NCBI GenBank assembly: GCA_902562135.1
Contig: CACESE010000007.1
Coordinates: 1,306-65,305, forward strand
Direction: 5' to 3'
DNA: 64,000 bases
Source of the DNA: an uncultured SAR86 cluster bacterium
GTDB lineage: Bacteria > Pseudomonadota > Gammaproteobacteria > Magnimaribacterales > AG-339-G14
This document shows positions 47,699-56,423 of the stretch, in pieces. How positions within the stretch are numbered: the first letter of the stretch is position 1; every line of letters begins with the position of its first letter. The translations under genes and the position numbers were made by a program. The notes under the pieces were generated by a model. The model did no database searches, was not told the DNA's origin, and saw only the letters and a program-made list of their open reading frames with translations.

Positions 47699-48562
47699 TT
47701 AAGCTTTATTAGCTTTACCGTATTCTTTGATTTCAAGAATGTCGTCAAATTGAGGGTCTCGTTTCTCAACTTTTGACATCATAGCCTCAGCCATATCTTC
47801 TTGAGGAAGCATTGCACCGCTCCACAAAGCATTATATTCCAAGCCTTCAGCTACAGTGTGATCTCTTGAGAAATTTAAAATAGCTTTTGTTCCGTAAACT
47901 GCCAAAGGGCTTTTAGAGGCAATTTCCAAAGCAACTTCTTCCATTCCGGCCAGCATTTCCTCATGAGTTTCGTAGACATTATTAACCAAGCCACAACTAA
48001 GTGATTCCTCTGCATACATTCTTCTTCCAGTGTAAGCTAATTCTCTAACTTTTCCCTCGGGGATAACTCTAGGCAAGCGTTGAAGAGTTCCTATGTCAGC
48101 TGCCATTCCTATGTTTACTTCTTGGATGCAGAAAAAAGCATCTTTAGTAGCAAATCTTAAGTCGGCAGCAGTTGCCATGTCTAATCCGCCTCCGATACAA
48201 CCACCTTGGATTCCACATATAACAGGAATTCTGAGCTTTTCTAGCTTGGATAAATTTTCTTGGAGTTCCATTGCAACTCTGTATAGAACTTCTCCTGACC
48301 TCGCTTTATCTGGTCTATTATCTTTTTTGGTGTCACCTGACCCTAGAGTTCCAAAGTTGGCAAGGTCCATGCCTGCACAAAAATGTTTTCCTGTTGAAGA
48401 TAAAATTAAAACTCGCAGAGAGGTATCTTTTTTTATATCTTCAAGGACCCTTGGTAATTCGTACCAAAAATTCAATGTCATTTTATTAAAATCTTCACCT
48501 TTGTTAAGTTTTAGGTGACCAATTCCATTTTCTTTTTTGAAATCAAAACTTTCGTAAGTCAT
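47699..48562 (-). CDS. enoyl-CoA hydratase/isomerase family protein (dienoyl-CoA isomerase-like)
   Basis: 'HFCAGMDL' and 'GGCIGGGLDMATAADLRF' crotonase blocks. Confidence 0.85.
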   Translation of the reverse strand: MTYESFDFKKENGIGHLKLNKGEDFNKMTLNFWYELPRVLEDIKKDTSLRVLILSSTGKHFCAGMDLANFGTLGSGDTKKDNRPDKARSGEVLYRVAMELQENLSKLEKLRIPVICGIQGGCIGGGLDMATAADLRFATKDAFFCIQEVNIGMAADIGTLQRLPRVIPEGKVRELAYTGRRMYAEESLSCGLVNNVYETHEEMLAGMEEVALEIASKSPLAVYGTKAILNFSRDHTVAEGLEYNALWSGAMLPQEDMAEAMMSKVEKRDPQFDDILEIKEYGKANKA

Positions 48563-48745
48563 TTAATTCTCCTGTTTTCTTGACTTTAAGTCGTTTAGTA
48601 AACTATCAGCTATGTCTTCTAGTTCATCTATCAAATCATAAGAGCTATGGTAAGGCAAAACAACTTTTCTGCTTTTTTTACTAAGTCTTTTTAGACCTTT
48701 AGAAATTTCTTCAGCTTTTTTTACTAATTCTATTTCGTTTTCCAT
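48563..48745 (-). CDS. small hypothetical protein (charged, helical)
   Basis: 60-aa ORF whose stop directly abuts the ATG of the downstream crotonase gene. Confidence 0.35.
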   Translation of the reverse strand: MENEIELVKKAEEISKGLKRLSKKSRKVVLPYHSSYDLIDELEDIADSLLNDLKSRKQEN

Positions 48746-48812
48746 AGTTTTTATTTATTCAAGAAATCATTGTAAATCAATTAGATAATTTTTAAAGTTA
48801 CCGAGCTTATAA

Positions 48813-49622
48813 ATGAATACACTTGATTTAGATTCTGATTTACTTAATATCCTAACGTCAGCTTCAAAGCTAGCTTTAAATTATTTTGGTAGTTATAAAT
48901 CTCTTAAATCAAAGAGAAAAGAGGATTTATCACCTGTCTCAGAGGCAGACATTGCGATAAATGAATTTTTAGAAGAGCAATTAAAAAAAATTACTCCTGA
49001 AATACCTATTTTATCTGAAGAAGGCTCAAAAAAAATTTCTAAAAGAAATGATGATTCTTTTTGGCTGATTGATCCATTAGACGGTACTAAGGAATTTATA
49101 AAAGGTTCAAAAAATTTTTCTATAAATATTGCTTTAGTTGAGCAAGGAAAATCTGTCTTAGGAGCTATATCAGAACCGGTTGAAAAAAAAATTTACATAG
49201 GCTCAAAAAGTAAATCTGCTAGAATTTTTAAAGATAAAAAGTTTCAGAACTTAAATCCAAAATCTATTTCAGAAATATGCGTTGTAAGTGTGAGTAAAAG
49301 CCATTCTAATCAATATGAAAAAAATTTTTTTAAAAACCTTAAACAAACTTATCCGAAAGTTGAAGTTATCGAAAAAGGAAGTTCGTTAAAGTTTTGCGAT
49401 CTTTGCGTCGGCGCAAGTGATGTTTACCCTAGATTTGGTCCTGTATATCAATGGGATCTAGCTGCCGGACAAGCTATATTAGAATCACTGGGCGGTGAAA
49501 TAATTTTCAAAAATACTAAGGATGAGGTTTATAAGTACGATTTTTTTAAAAAAATAAATGGTTTTATTGCATTAGCTAGTTCAAAAAATACAAAGAAAAT
49601 AAAAAAAATAGCTAAATTTTAA
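48813..49622 (+). CDS. cysQ: 3'(2'),5'-bisphosphate nucleotidase
   Basis: 'SPVSEADI', 'WLIDPLDGTKEF' and 'WDLAAGQAIL' inositol-monophosphatase-family motifs. Confidence 0.85.
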   Translation: MNTLDLDSDLLNILTSASKLALNYFGSYKSLKSKRKEDLSPVSEADIAINEFLEEQLKKITPEIPILSEEGSKKISKRNDDSFWLIDPLDGTKEFIKGSKNFSINIALVEQGKSVLGAISEPVEKKIYIGSKSKSARIFKDKKFQNLNPKSISEICVVSVSKSHSNQYEKNFFKNLKQTYPKVEVIEKGSSLKFCDLCVGASDVYPRFGPVYQWDLAAGQAILESLGGEIIFKNTKDEVYKYDFFKKINGFIALASSKNTKKIKKIAKF

Positions 49623-49636
49623 AAATTGTACCTTTT

Positions 49637-49663
49637 TTGGCAATAATCTACTTTGTATATAAT
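49637..49663 (+). promoter_or_regulatory. candidate sigma-70 promoter upstream of rpoH
   Basis: TTGGCA (49637-49642), a 15-nt spacer, then TATAAT (49658-49663), 27 nt before the rpoH ATG. Such hexamers are easy to find by chance in AT-rich DNA. Confidence 0.25.
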
Positions 49664-49689
49664 TTTAATTTTGAGATAAAATTAACCAT

Positions 49690-50541
49690 ATGGGTAAAGA
49701 ATTACAACCTATGGACGTTTCAGCACCAGGTCAAAACCTGGAAGCATATCTTTCATCCGTTCAAAATATAGCTATCCTAACTCCTGAGGAGGAAAAACGT
49801 CTTGCGGAAGATCTTTACTATAGAAATGACTTAGAGGCTGCAAGACAACTCGTAATGGCCCATCTTAGATTTGTTGTTCACATTGCTAGGGGATATTCAG
49901 GGTATGGGCTTCCTCAAGCTGATTTGATTCAAGAAGGAAACGTAGGCCTCATGAAAGCAGTTAGAAAATTTAACCCTGAAGTTGGTGTAAGGCTAATTTC
50001 ATTTGCGGTTCATTGGATTAAATCGGAAATGCACGAATACATAATTAAAAATTGGAAAATTGTTAAGGTTGCAACTACAAAAGCACAAAGAAAGCTCTTT
50101 TTTAACTTAAGAAGTCAAAAAAAAGAATTAAATTGGTTAACCGATGATGAGATAAAGACAATATCAGATGAATTAGGAGTGGACGAAAAATCTGTAAAAG
50201 AGATGGAGTCGCGACTTTCATCTACTGACATGTCTTTTGATCCTCCTACTGAAGCCAATGATGAAGAAGCTTCTTTTTCTCCTGCAGGCTTTCTAGCAGA
50301 TGAAACGAAAGATCCAGCGGATTTAATTGAAAGAGAGGACTCTGAGGAGTATAGCCATGAACTTCTTCATAAAGCTTTGTCAGCTTTAGATTCCAGAAGT
50401 AAGGAAATTTTAATTGATCGTTGGTTGCAGGACCAAAAGTTAACTCTTCATGAATTAGCAGATAAATATGGCGTAAGCGCTGAAAGAATTAGGCAGATTG
50501 AAAAAGCTGCTATGGAAAAAGTCAAAAGCTATATTTCCTAA
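49690..50541 (+). CDS. rpoH: RNA polymerase sigma-32 (heat-shock sigma factor)
   Basis: 'LRFVVHIARGY', 'DLIQEGNVGLMKAVRKF', the RpoH box 'QRKLFFNLR' and 'ERIRQIE'. 283 aa. Confidence 0.95.
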   Translation: MGKELQPMDVSAPGQNLEAYLSSVQNIAILTPEEEKRLAEDLYYRNDLEAARQLVMAHLRFVVHIARGYSGYGLPQADLIQEGNVGLMKAVRKFNPEVGVRLISFAVHWIKSEMHEYIIKNWKIVKVATTKAQRKLFFNLRSQKKELNWLTDDEIKTISDELGVDEKSVKEMESRLSSTDMSFDPPTEANDEEASFSPAGFLADETKDPADLIEREDSEEYSHELLHKALSALDSRSKEILIDRWLQDQKLTLHELADKYGVSAERIRQIEKAAMEKVKSYIS

Positions 50542-50554
50542 ATATTAAATTTTT

Positions 50555-50764
50555 ATGAATGGATTAAGCATAGTCTTAAATGGCGAATCATATGAATTGC
50601 CTAAGAGGGTTTCAGTTTTAGAGCTTTTTGAATTGTTGGATCTTTCCACAAAGTTTATGGCGGTTGAAATTAATGACGAAATTATTTTTAGAGATTCATG
50701 GGGATCTTATTTGCTTAATCATGATGATAAGGTTGAATTAGTCAGGGCGATAGGAGGAGGCTAA
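50555..50764 (+). CDS. thiS: sulfur carrier protein ThiS
   Basis: 69 aa ending ...AIGGG, directly followed by thiG. Confidence 0.9.
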   Translation: MNGLSIVLNGESYELPKRVSVLELFELLDLSTKFMAVEINDEIIFRDSWGSYLLNHDDKVELVRAIGGG

Positions 50765-51550
50765 TTGTCTGAAGATAAACTGAAGATTGCAGGTAAAGAT
50801 TTTTCATCTAGACTTTTAGTAGGCACTGGTAAATATAAAAATGAACAAGTCGCTGTCAAAGCAATTGAAGCCTCAGGAGCGGAAATAGTTACTGTTGCAA
50901 TTAGAAGGGTTGCAATTGATTCTAAGTTAAGAGAAGAGTGCATTTTAAATTACATCTCACCAGAAAAATTTACAATTCTTCCTAATACTGCAGGATGCTT
51001 TAGTGCATCTGACGCAGTAAGGGTTGCTAGATTGGGCAGAGAAATGCTTTCAAATTTAAATTTAGTAAAGCTTGAAGTTTTATCAGACCCCCATTCTCTG
51101 TTGCCATTAATGGACGAAACGCTTGAAGCTGCTAAAGAGTTAGTAAGCGATGGTTTTGAAGTAATGGTCTACTGCACAGATGAAATAGATTACGCGCTTA
51201 AGCTAGAGGATATAGGGTGTTGTGCAGTTATGCCTTTGGCTGCACCAATTGGCTCAGGTCTTGGGATAGTTAATCCAGATGCAATTCAAACTATAGTCAA
51301 AAAACTAGCTTGCCCTGTTCTTGTGGACGCTGGAATTGGAACTGCATCTGAAGTTTCATTAGCAATGGAACTTGGCTGCGATGCAGTGTTGTTGAATACG
51401 GCAATTGCGGGTGCAAAAGATCCTATTATGATGGCTGAGGCGATGCGGAATGCAACAATTGCTGGACGAAAAGCTTTTTTGGCAGGAAGAATTCCAAAAA
51501 GAAACAGCGGGTCACCTAGCTCTCCTACAAAAGGAAGAATAAACTCTTGA
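50765..51550 (+). CDS. thiG: thiazole synthase
   Basis: 'LKIAGKDFSSRLLVGTGKY', 'NTAGC' and 'VMPLAAPIGSGLG'. TTG start. Confidence 0.95.
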   Translation: MSEDKLKIAGKDFSSRLLVGTGKYKNEQVAVKAIEASGAEIVTVAIRRVAIDSKLREECILNYISPEKFTILPNTAGCFSASDAVRVARLGREMLSNLNLVKLEVLSDPHSLLPLMDETLEAAKELVSDGFEVMVYCTDEIDYALKLEDIGCCAVMPLAAPIGSGLGIVNPDAIQTIVKKLACPVLVDAGIGTASEVSLAMELGCDAVLLNTAIAGAKDPIMMAEAMRNATIAGRKAFLAGRIPKRNSGSPSSPTKGRINS

Positions 51551-52190
51551 AACGAACTGTAAAAAGCTATGTCAAGGCTCGGAATAGACTTTCAAAAAAA
51601 AATAAAAATCTTCTAAATACTTCACCCACTAAAATTTTTTTTTAAAGACAAGGATTTTCAAAATTTTAATTTTTTAAATCCTGAGCAAAAGAATATTTTA
51701 GAAATTGGGTTCGGAGATGGAGAAAATTTACTGATAAACGCAAGACAAAATCTTGACTCTTTTTATATTGGAATAGAGGTTTATGAAATGGGAGTGGCAA
51801 AAGTTTTAAATATTGCTGAAACCGAAGGAATAGATAATTTAAAAGTAATATTAGGAGATGCTGTTGACGTTTTAGAAAAAAACAATCATTTCAGTTGTTT
51901 TGATGAAGTTATTATTTTTTTCCCAGATCCATGGCCTAAAAGAAAACATAATAAAAGAAGACTTATTTCGGAAAATTTTTTAATGAATATTAAAAAAATA
52001 ATGAGAGAAAACGGGACTTTAAGAATCAAAACCGATTGGCAAGACTATGCAGACGAAATAGAAATTTACTTAAAAAAAAGTTTTTAAAAATTACAAAGAG
52101 GCTGCTGACCAGAAATTAGATTCAATTACCAAGTATGAAAAGATTGCTTTGGCTGAAAAGAGAAAAATCAGTTATTTTGAAGTTTATTAA
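51547..52190 (+). pseudogene. trmB: tRNA (guanine46-N7)-methyltransferase, broken by two homopolymer frameshifts as given
   Basis: Frame 1 (TTG 51547) gives KRTVKSYVKARNRLSKKN... and stops inside T9 (51635-51643). Frame 2 continues ...ILEIGFGDGENLL...FFPDPWPKRKHNKRR... and stops after A8 (52072-52079). Frame 0 then gives ...SITKYEKIALAEKRKISYFEVY*. Removing one base from each run yields one intact TrmB. Confidence 0.85.
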
Positions 52191-52758
52191 GTTCGGCTAA
52201 CATTTTTCTTGTTGATTGCGTTCTATGACTAATGTTCATTCTTTCTTTAAATGAAATTTCAGCCATAGTTCTTTTGGTATTTTTTAAGTTGAAAAGAGGG
52301 TCATAACCGAAACCTTGTGAGCCTTTTTCTTCTTTACCAATAGACCCTCTGAGTTCTCCATAGGTGTAAATTTCTATTTTCTCTTTTGGGTTATAAAAAC
52401 ATAAAACAGATACGTATTTAGCTGTTCTATTAGATTTACTCTGAAGTTTTTTCAATAATTTTTCATTATTTTTATTATCATTCGCTTTCTGTCCAGCAAA
52501 CCTAGCTGAAAAAATACCAGGTTTATTATCAATACTTTCAACTTCTAGACCAGAATCATCAGCAAGTACTGGCAGCTTAGTTATCCTATAAGCTTCTTTA
52601 GCTTTTAAAAAAGCATTTTCTTCGTAGCTATTTCCTGTCTCAGGTATTTCTTTATCAGAAAACTCACGCAAGTGTATTAATTTAAAATCTGAATGCTTGA
52701 ATAAAAATTCAAACTCTCTAATCTTACCGAGATTATTTGTTGCCAGTAGTATTTTCAA
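52168..52758 (-). CDS. rdgB: dITP/XTP pyrophosphatase (RdgB/HAM1)
   Basis: 'ILLATNNLGKIREF', 'DDSGLEV' and 'GFGYDPLF'. Confidence 0.9.
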   Translation of the reverse strand: MKILLATNNLGKIREFEFLFKHSDFKLIHLREFSDKEIPETGNSYEENAFLKAKEAYRITKLPVLADDSGLEVESIDNKPGIFSARFAGQKANDNKNNEKLLKKLQSKSNRTAKYVSVLCFYNPKEKIEIYTYGELRGSIGKEEKGSQGFGYDPLFNLKNTKRTMAEISFKERMNISHRTQSTRKMLAELNKLQNN

Positions 52759-53342
52759 TCTTCTTGCTTCAACTTATAGAGAGCAACTTCTGTAAATAAA
52801 TTTGGAAAAGTTTTCATTAGAAAAGATGATCTACCATTACTATCGCTTAGCTTTCTTTCGATAACTCTGATGTTTAATTTTTTACAAAGCGATTCAAAAT
52901 CTTTCAACGAACACAAGTGTAAGTTTGGAGTCGAATACCAGTCGTATGGCAGAGCATTGGAAACTGGCATTTTGCCTGTCAAGGCAAGTTGCGTTCTACA
53001 CTTAAGGTTTGCAAAATTAGGGATGCTGACGATGCATTCTTTACCAATTCTTACAATTTCTTTCAAAGCATTTTCCGGTTTTTTTAAAGCTTGAATGGAC
53101 TGACTCATTATTACAATATCGAATGAGGCATCTTTAAAATTATCTAATCCTTCGTCAATGTCTTGTTCAATTACATTTAACCCTCTACTTAAAGAAAGTT
53201 GAATTTTCTTTTCAGAGATATCAACACCGTACCCAGAAACATTTAATTTGTTTTTTAAACTTGCAAGCAACGACCCGTCACCACAGCCTAGGTCTAATAC
53301 TTCTGAGTTTTTTGGAATCCAAGCATTTAAAATACTATTCAT
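52755..53342 (-). CDS. metW: methionine biosynthesis protein MetW
   Basis: 'VLDLGCGDGSLL' SAM-MTase-like motif, downstream of metX. ATG 53342 (MNSILNAW...) forms an ATGA overlap with the frame-corrected metX stop. Confidence 0.85.
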   Translation of the reverse strand: MNSILNAWIPKNSEVLDLGCGDGSLLASLKNKLNVSGYGVDISEKKIQLSLSRGLNVIEQDIDEGLDNFKDASFDIVIMSQSIQALKKPENALKEIVRIGKECIVSIPNFANLKCRTQLALTGKMPVSNALPYDWYSTPNLHLCSLKDFESLCKKLNIRVIERKLSDSNGRSSFLMKTFPNLFTEVALYKLKQED

Positions 53343-54443
53343 TTTTCTAAAAAGGTTTTTATACAATTTACATACCTTTCATCAGGAAATAAAAATCCGT
53401 CATGCCCCTGCGTGCTTTTTTATCTCTGCATAACTGACAGACTTTTTAGATGAGATTAAGGCATTTACAATTTCTTTTGAACGTTCAGGAGCAAATCTCC
53501 AATCCGACGAAAAAGATAATATTAAAAAATCAGTGGTTGTTCTATCTAACGCTTTATTTAAATCGTTTTCAAAACCTCTTGCAGGATCGAAATAGTCAAG
53601 AGCTTTTGTCATCAATAAGTAAGTATAAGCATTGAATTTGTCGGAGAAGGTATCAGCTTGATATCTTAAGTAACTTTCAACTTCAAACTCTACGTCAAAA
53701 CCATATTCATATTTCTCTTTTTTTAGATCCCTGCCAAACTTTTCTTTCATCATCTCTTCTGAAAGATAGGTAATGTGACCTAACATTCTAGCTAGACCCA
53801 AACCCCTTTTTGGATGAAAACTTCCTTGGTCGAAATCAGGATCGGTCACAATAGCCTGTCTTGCGACTTCGTTAAAAGCTATATTTTGTGCGCTTAGTTT
53901 AGGAGCTGCGGCAATTACGATACTTTTTTTAATATGTTTATCAAAATCAATTGCCCATTGAAGGGCTTGCATTCCTCCCAAGCTACCTCCAGAAACTGCA
54001 TGCCAGGAATCTATTCCGAGATGCTTTCTTAGTAAATTTTGACTTTTAACCCAATCTTTAACAGTTACTAGAGGAAAACTTTTTCCAAAAATTTTAGATG
54101 TTTTGGGATTGACAGAGCTAGGACCAGTAGAGCCATGACAACCCCCCAGATTATTTAATGAAACGATGAAAAATTTATTAGTATCAAAAGCTTTGCCAGG
54201 ACCAATTAATTCATTCCACCAACCAGCTTTGTTCTTTTCTTCATTAGAGTAACCTGCAGCATGATGATTCCCGCTCAGAGCATGACAAATAAGGATTGCA
54301 TTAGATTTTTTTTCATTTAAGTTTCCATAGGTTTCATAAATTATATTGAATCCTTCTAAAATTTTTCCAGATTCAAGTTCGAAGTCGCCTTCAAATTTAA
54401 AAAATTGTGGCTCAATGATTCCTAAACTTTCACTAACCATCAA
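53339..54443 (-). CDS. metX: homoserine O-acyltransferase MetX, C-terminus displaced by a homopolymer frameshift
   Basis: '[15 protein letters not shown]' and '[10 protein letters not shown]'. As given the ORF stops at 53400 (...[11 protein letters not shown]). Removing one base from the run at 53416-53421 gives ...[21 protein letters not shown]...LEK*, restoring the conserved GHD.FL block and ending at 53339. Confidence 0.85.
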
Positions 54444-54995
54444 AATAACCCTGGTAATTCTAGATAGAACCTAAAATTTTGAATCAATCTATCTATTTGT
54501 ATCAAAATAAAAAAAAACAATAATTGGAGAAAAATCTATACCCCCCATTGCAGTAAATCTTTGGAACGGTCTTAATAGAGGCTGAGTGATACCATGACAA
54601 ATAATAAGAAAAGCATTATTGCTAGTTGGCGCAATCCAACTACCGATAATCGAAATGAATAAGGAATATCTTAGGATTAAGGATATCGTTAATAAAACAC
54701 TTAAAAATGACCAAGAGATAGATTCAATAGAATTTGTTTCTAAAGATTGACTTTCTAAATACAGATAAAAAGATAAACCTTTAAAAAAAATAGATAAAAC
54801 TAGGCTGGATAAATCTATTTTAAATACAACTGGTAGGATCAATCTCAAGGGTTTGGTAAAAGGCTCCAAAATAGAAAAAGAATATTTCACTATTGGATTT
54901 AAAAAACTTAATTCAAAGAACCTGAATAGTCCATAAATAAGAAAAAGTATCGAAAGTAAATTTGATATTACAGATGATACAAACAAAGGATCCAT
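54440..54995 (-). CDS. yggT: YggT family membrane protein, C-terminus displaced by a homopolymer frameshift
   Basis: '[10 protein letters not shown]' YggT motif. As given it stops at 54489. Removing one base from the 9-nt run at 54509-54517 gives ...[26 protein letters not shown], whose TGA overlaps the metX ATG (TGATG). Confidence 0.75.
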
Positions 54996-55783
54996 TAATT
55001 ACCCCCTAATTTTTTTGACTTTTCAATGGCATCTTCTATTGCGGCTTTCCATACCTCATCCATTCCCGAGGATTCAATTTTTTTTAAAGCCGCTTCTGTG
55101 ACTCCGCCTTTGGATGCAACCATAGACTTTATTTTTTCGAACGACGGCTTATTTTTTGAGTTATGAATTTCATAAGTTCCGCCTAGCACGTCTCCTATAA
55201 GAGATTCTGAATTCTCAAAGCCATTATTGGATGCAATTTCAGATAGCAACTTAGCTAGGTAGCTTATATATGCCGGTCCGGCGCCAAAAATTGAGGTGAA
55301 GGCGTCAAACTTTGATTCTTCAATTTCCATGCATCTTCCTAACTTATTAAGAATTTTTTCTCCAGAAGATATTTCCACTCCATGATTCGAGCAAACTGCT
55401 ATAGGACTTAAGCCATTACTAATTCCTAAAGAGGGCATGGCTCTTATAATATTTTTTGAAGATAAAAGTTTTTCAAGTTTTTTTAAAGACATTCCAGCAA
55501 TGAAAGAAATGATCAACTTATCGTCTATGTAATCAGAAATTTTGCTAAGAATTTCTTCGGAAATATTTGGCTTGATTGTCAAAAAAATTACGTCAGAGTT
55601 TTTACAAAGCTCTTCAATAGAGATGTATGTTATGCCTAGACTTAAAATCTCTTGGTTTTGCATAGGATCCGAGACATTTATCTCATATGAATCTATCAAA
55701 CCCAAAATGGCATGACGACCTAAGTTGCCTGCACCAATAAATCCTATATTAATTTTATCTTTCACCAAATATACCTGTACCAA
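54995..55783 (-). CDS. proC: pyrroline-5-carboxylate reductase
   Basis: 'IGFIGAGNLG' and 'VASKGGVTEAAL'. The start is uncertain (ATG 55783 or GTG 55765). Confidence 0.9.
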   Translation of the reverse strand: MVQVYLVKDKINIGFIGAGNLGRHAILGLIDSYEINVSDPMQNQEILSLGITYISIEELCKNSDVIFLTIKPNISEEILSKISDYIDDKLIISFIAGMSLKKLEKLLSSKNIIRAMPSLGISNGLSPIAVCSNHGVEISSGEKILNKLGRCMEIEESKFDAFTSIFGAGPAYISYLAKLLSEIASNNGFENSESLIGDVLGGTYEIHNSKNKPSFEKIKSMVASKGGVTEAALKKIESSGMDEVWKAAIEDAIEKSKKLGGN

Positions 55784-56423
55784 TTCTTATCATAGATGAT
55801 CCTTCTTCAATGGCTATTTTGAAATCATTAGTCATTCCCATAGAGAGTTCCAAGTTATGCTTTTTATTCTTGATACTATCAGCGAGTGAATATGCTTCTT
55901 TATAAAGAAATCTCAATTCTTCCTCTTTAGCCTTTGCGCTTGGCATGATCATTAACCCTCTAAAATCTAAATTCTTCAATTTTGTAATATTTCTTATCAT
56001 TTCGTCTAAATTTTCTTTCTTAATACCACCTTTATTCTCATCATGATCTAGATTCACCTGAATTAACACCTTAAGTTTTTTAGTTAAAGGCGTATATTCA
56101 TTTAATTTTTTCGCGATTTTTAAACGGTCCAAAGTATGAACCCACTCAAAATTTTCTGCAATGTCCTTACACTTATTTGACTGTATTTTTCCAATAAAGT
56201 GCCACGTAATATTTTTATTTTTTAGTTCGGTTATTTTTGGCAAAGATTCTTGAAGATAATTTTCTCCAAAGTTGTTAATACCTAGACTTAAGGCTTCCAA
56301 GATTTCACTAGTAGATTTTTTTTTGCTTACCGCAATAAGTTTTAAACTTTGTTTTTTATTATTTTTAGTTAATTTTTTAATTGCATTAAAGATTTTTTGT
56401 ATATTTTTTTCCATTAAAATCAC
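55755..56423 (-). CDS. yggS: YggS-family pyridoxal-phosphate homeostasis protein
   Basis: 'LIAVSKKKS', 'FGENYLQE', 'WHFIGKIQSNK' and 'LSMGMTNDF'. Confidence 0.9.
   Translation of the reverse strand: MILMEKNIQKIFNAIKKLTKNNKKQSLKLIAVSKKKSTSEILEALSLGINNFGENYLQESLPKITELKNKNITWHFIGKIQSNKCKDIAENFEWVHTLDRLKIAKKLNEYTPLTKKLKVLIQVNLDHDENKGGIKKENLDEMIRNITKLKNLDFRGLMIMPSAKAKEEELRFLYKEAYSLADSIKNKKHNLELSMGMTNDFKIAIEEGSSMIRIGTGIFGER

Noticed and set aside
48093-48518. 141-aa and 72-aa plus-strand ORFs inside the crotonase gene (47699-48562)
   Set aside because: They are antisense to a gene with clear crotonase motifs. They have no motifs of their own, and their composition (Ser/Pro/Leu-rich) is typical of reverse-frame artefacts.
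50542-50554. Looked for a TPP riboswitch (THI box) upstream of thiS-thiG
   Set aside because: Only 13 nt separate the rpoH stop from the thiS start, so there is no room for an aptamer. thiSG here is apparently read through from rpoH or from an internal promoter.
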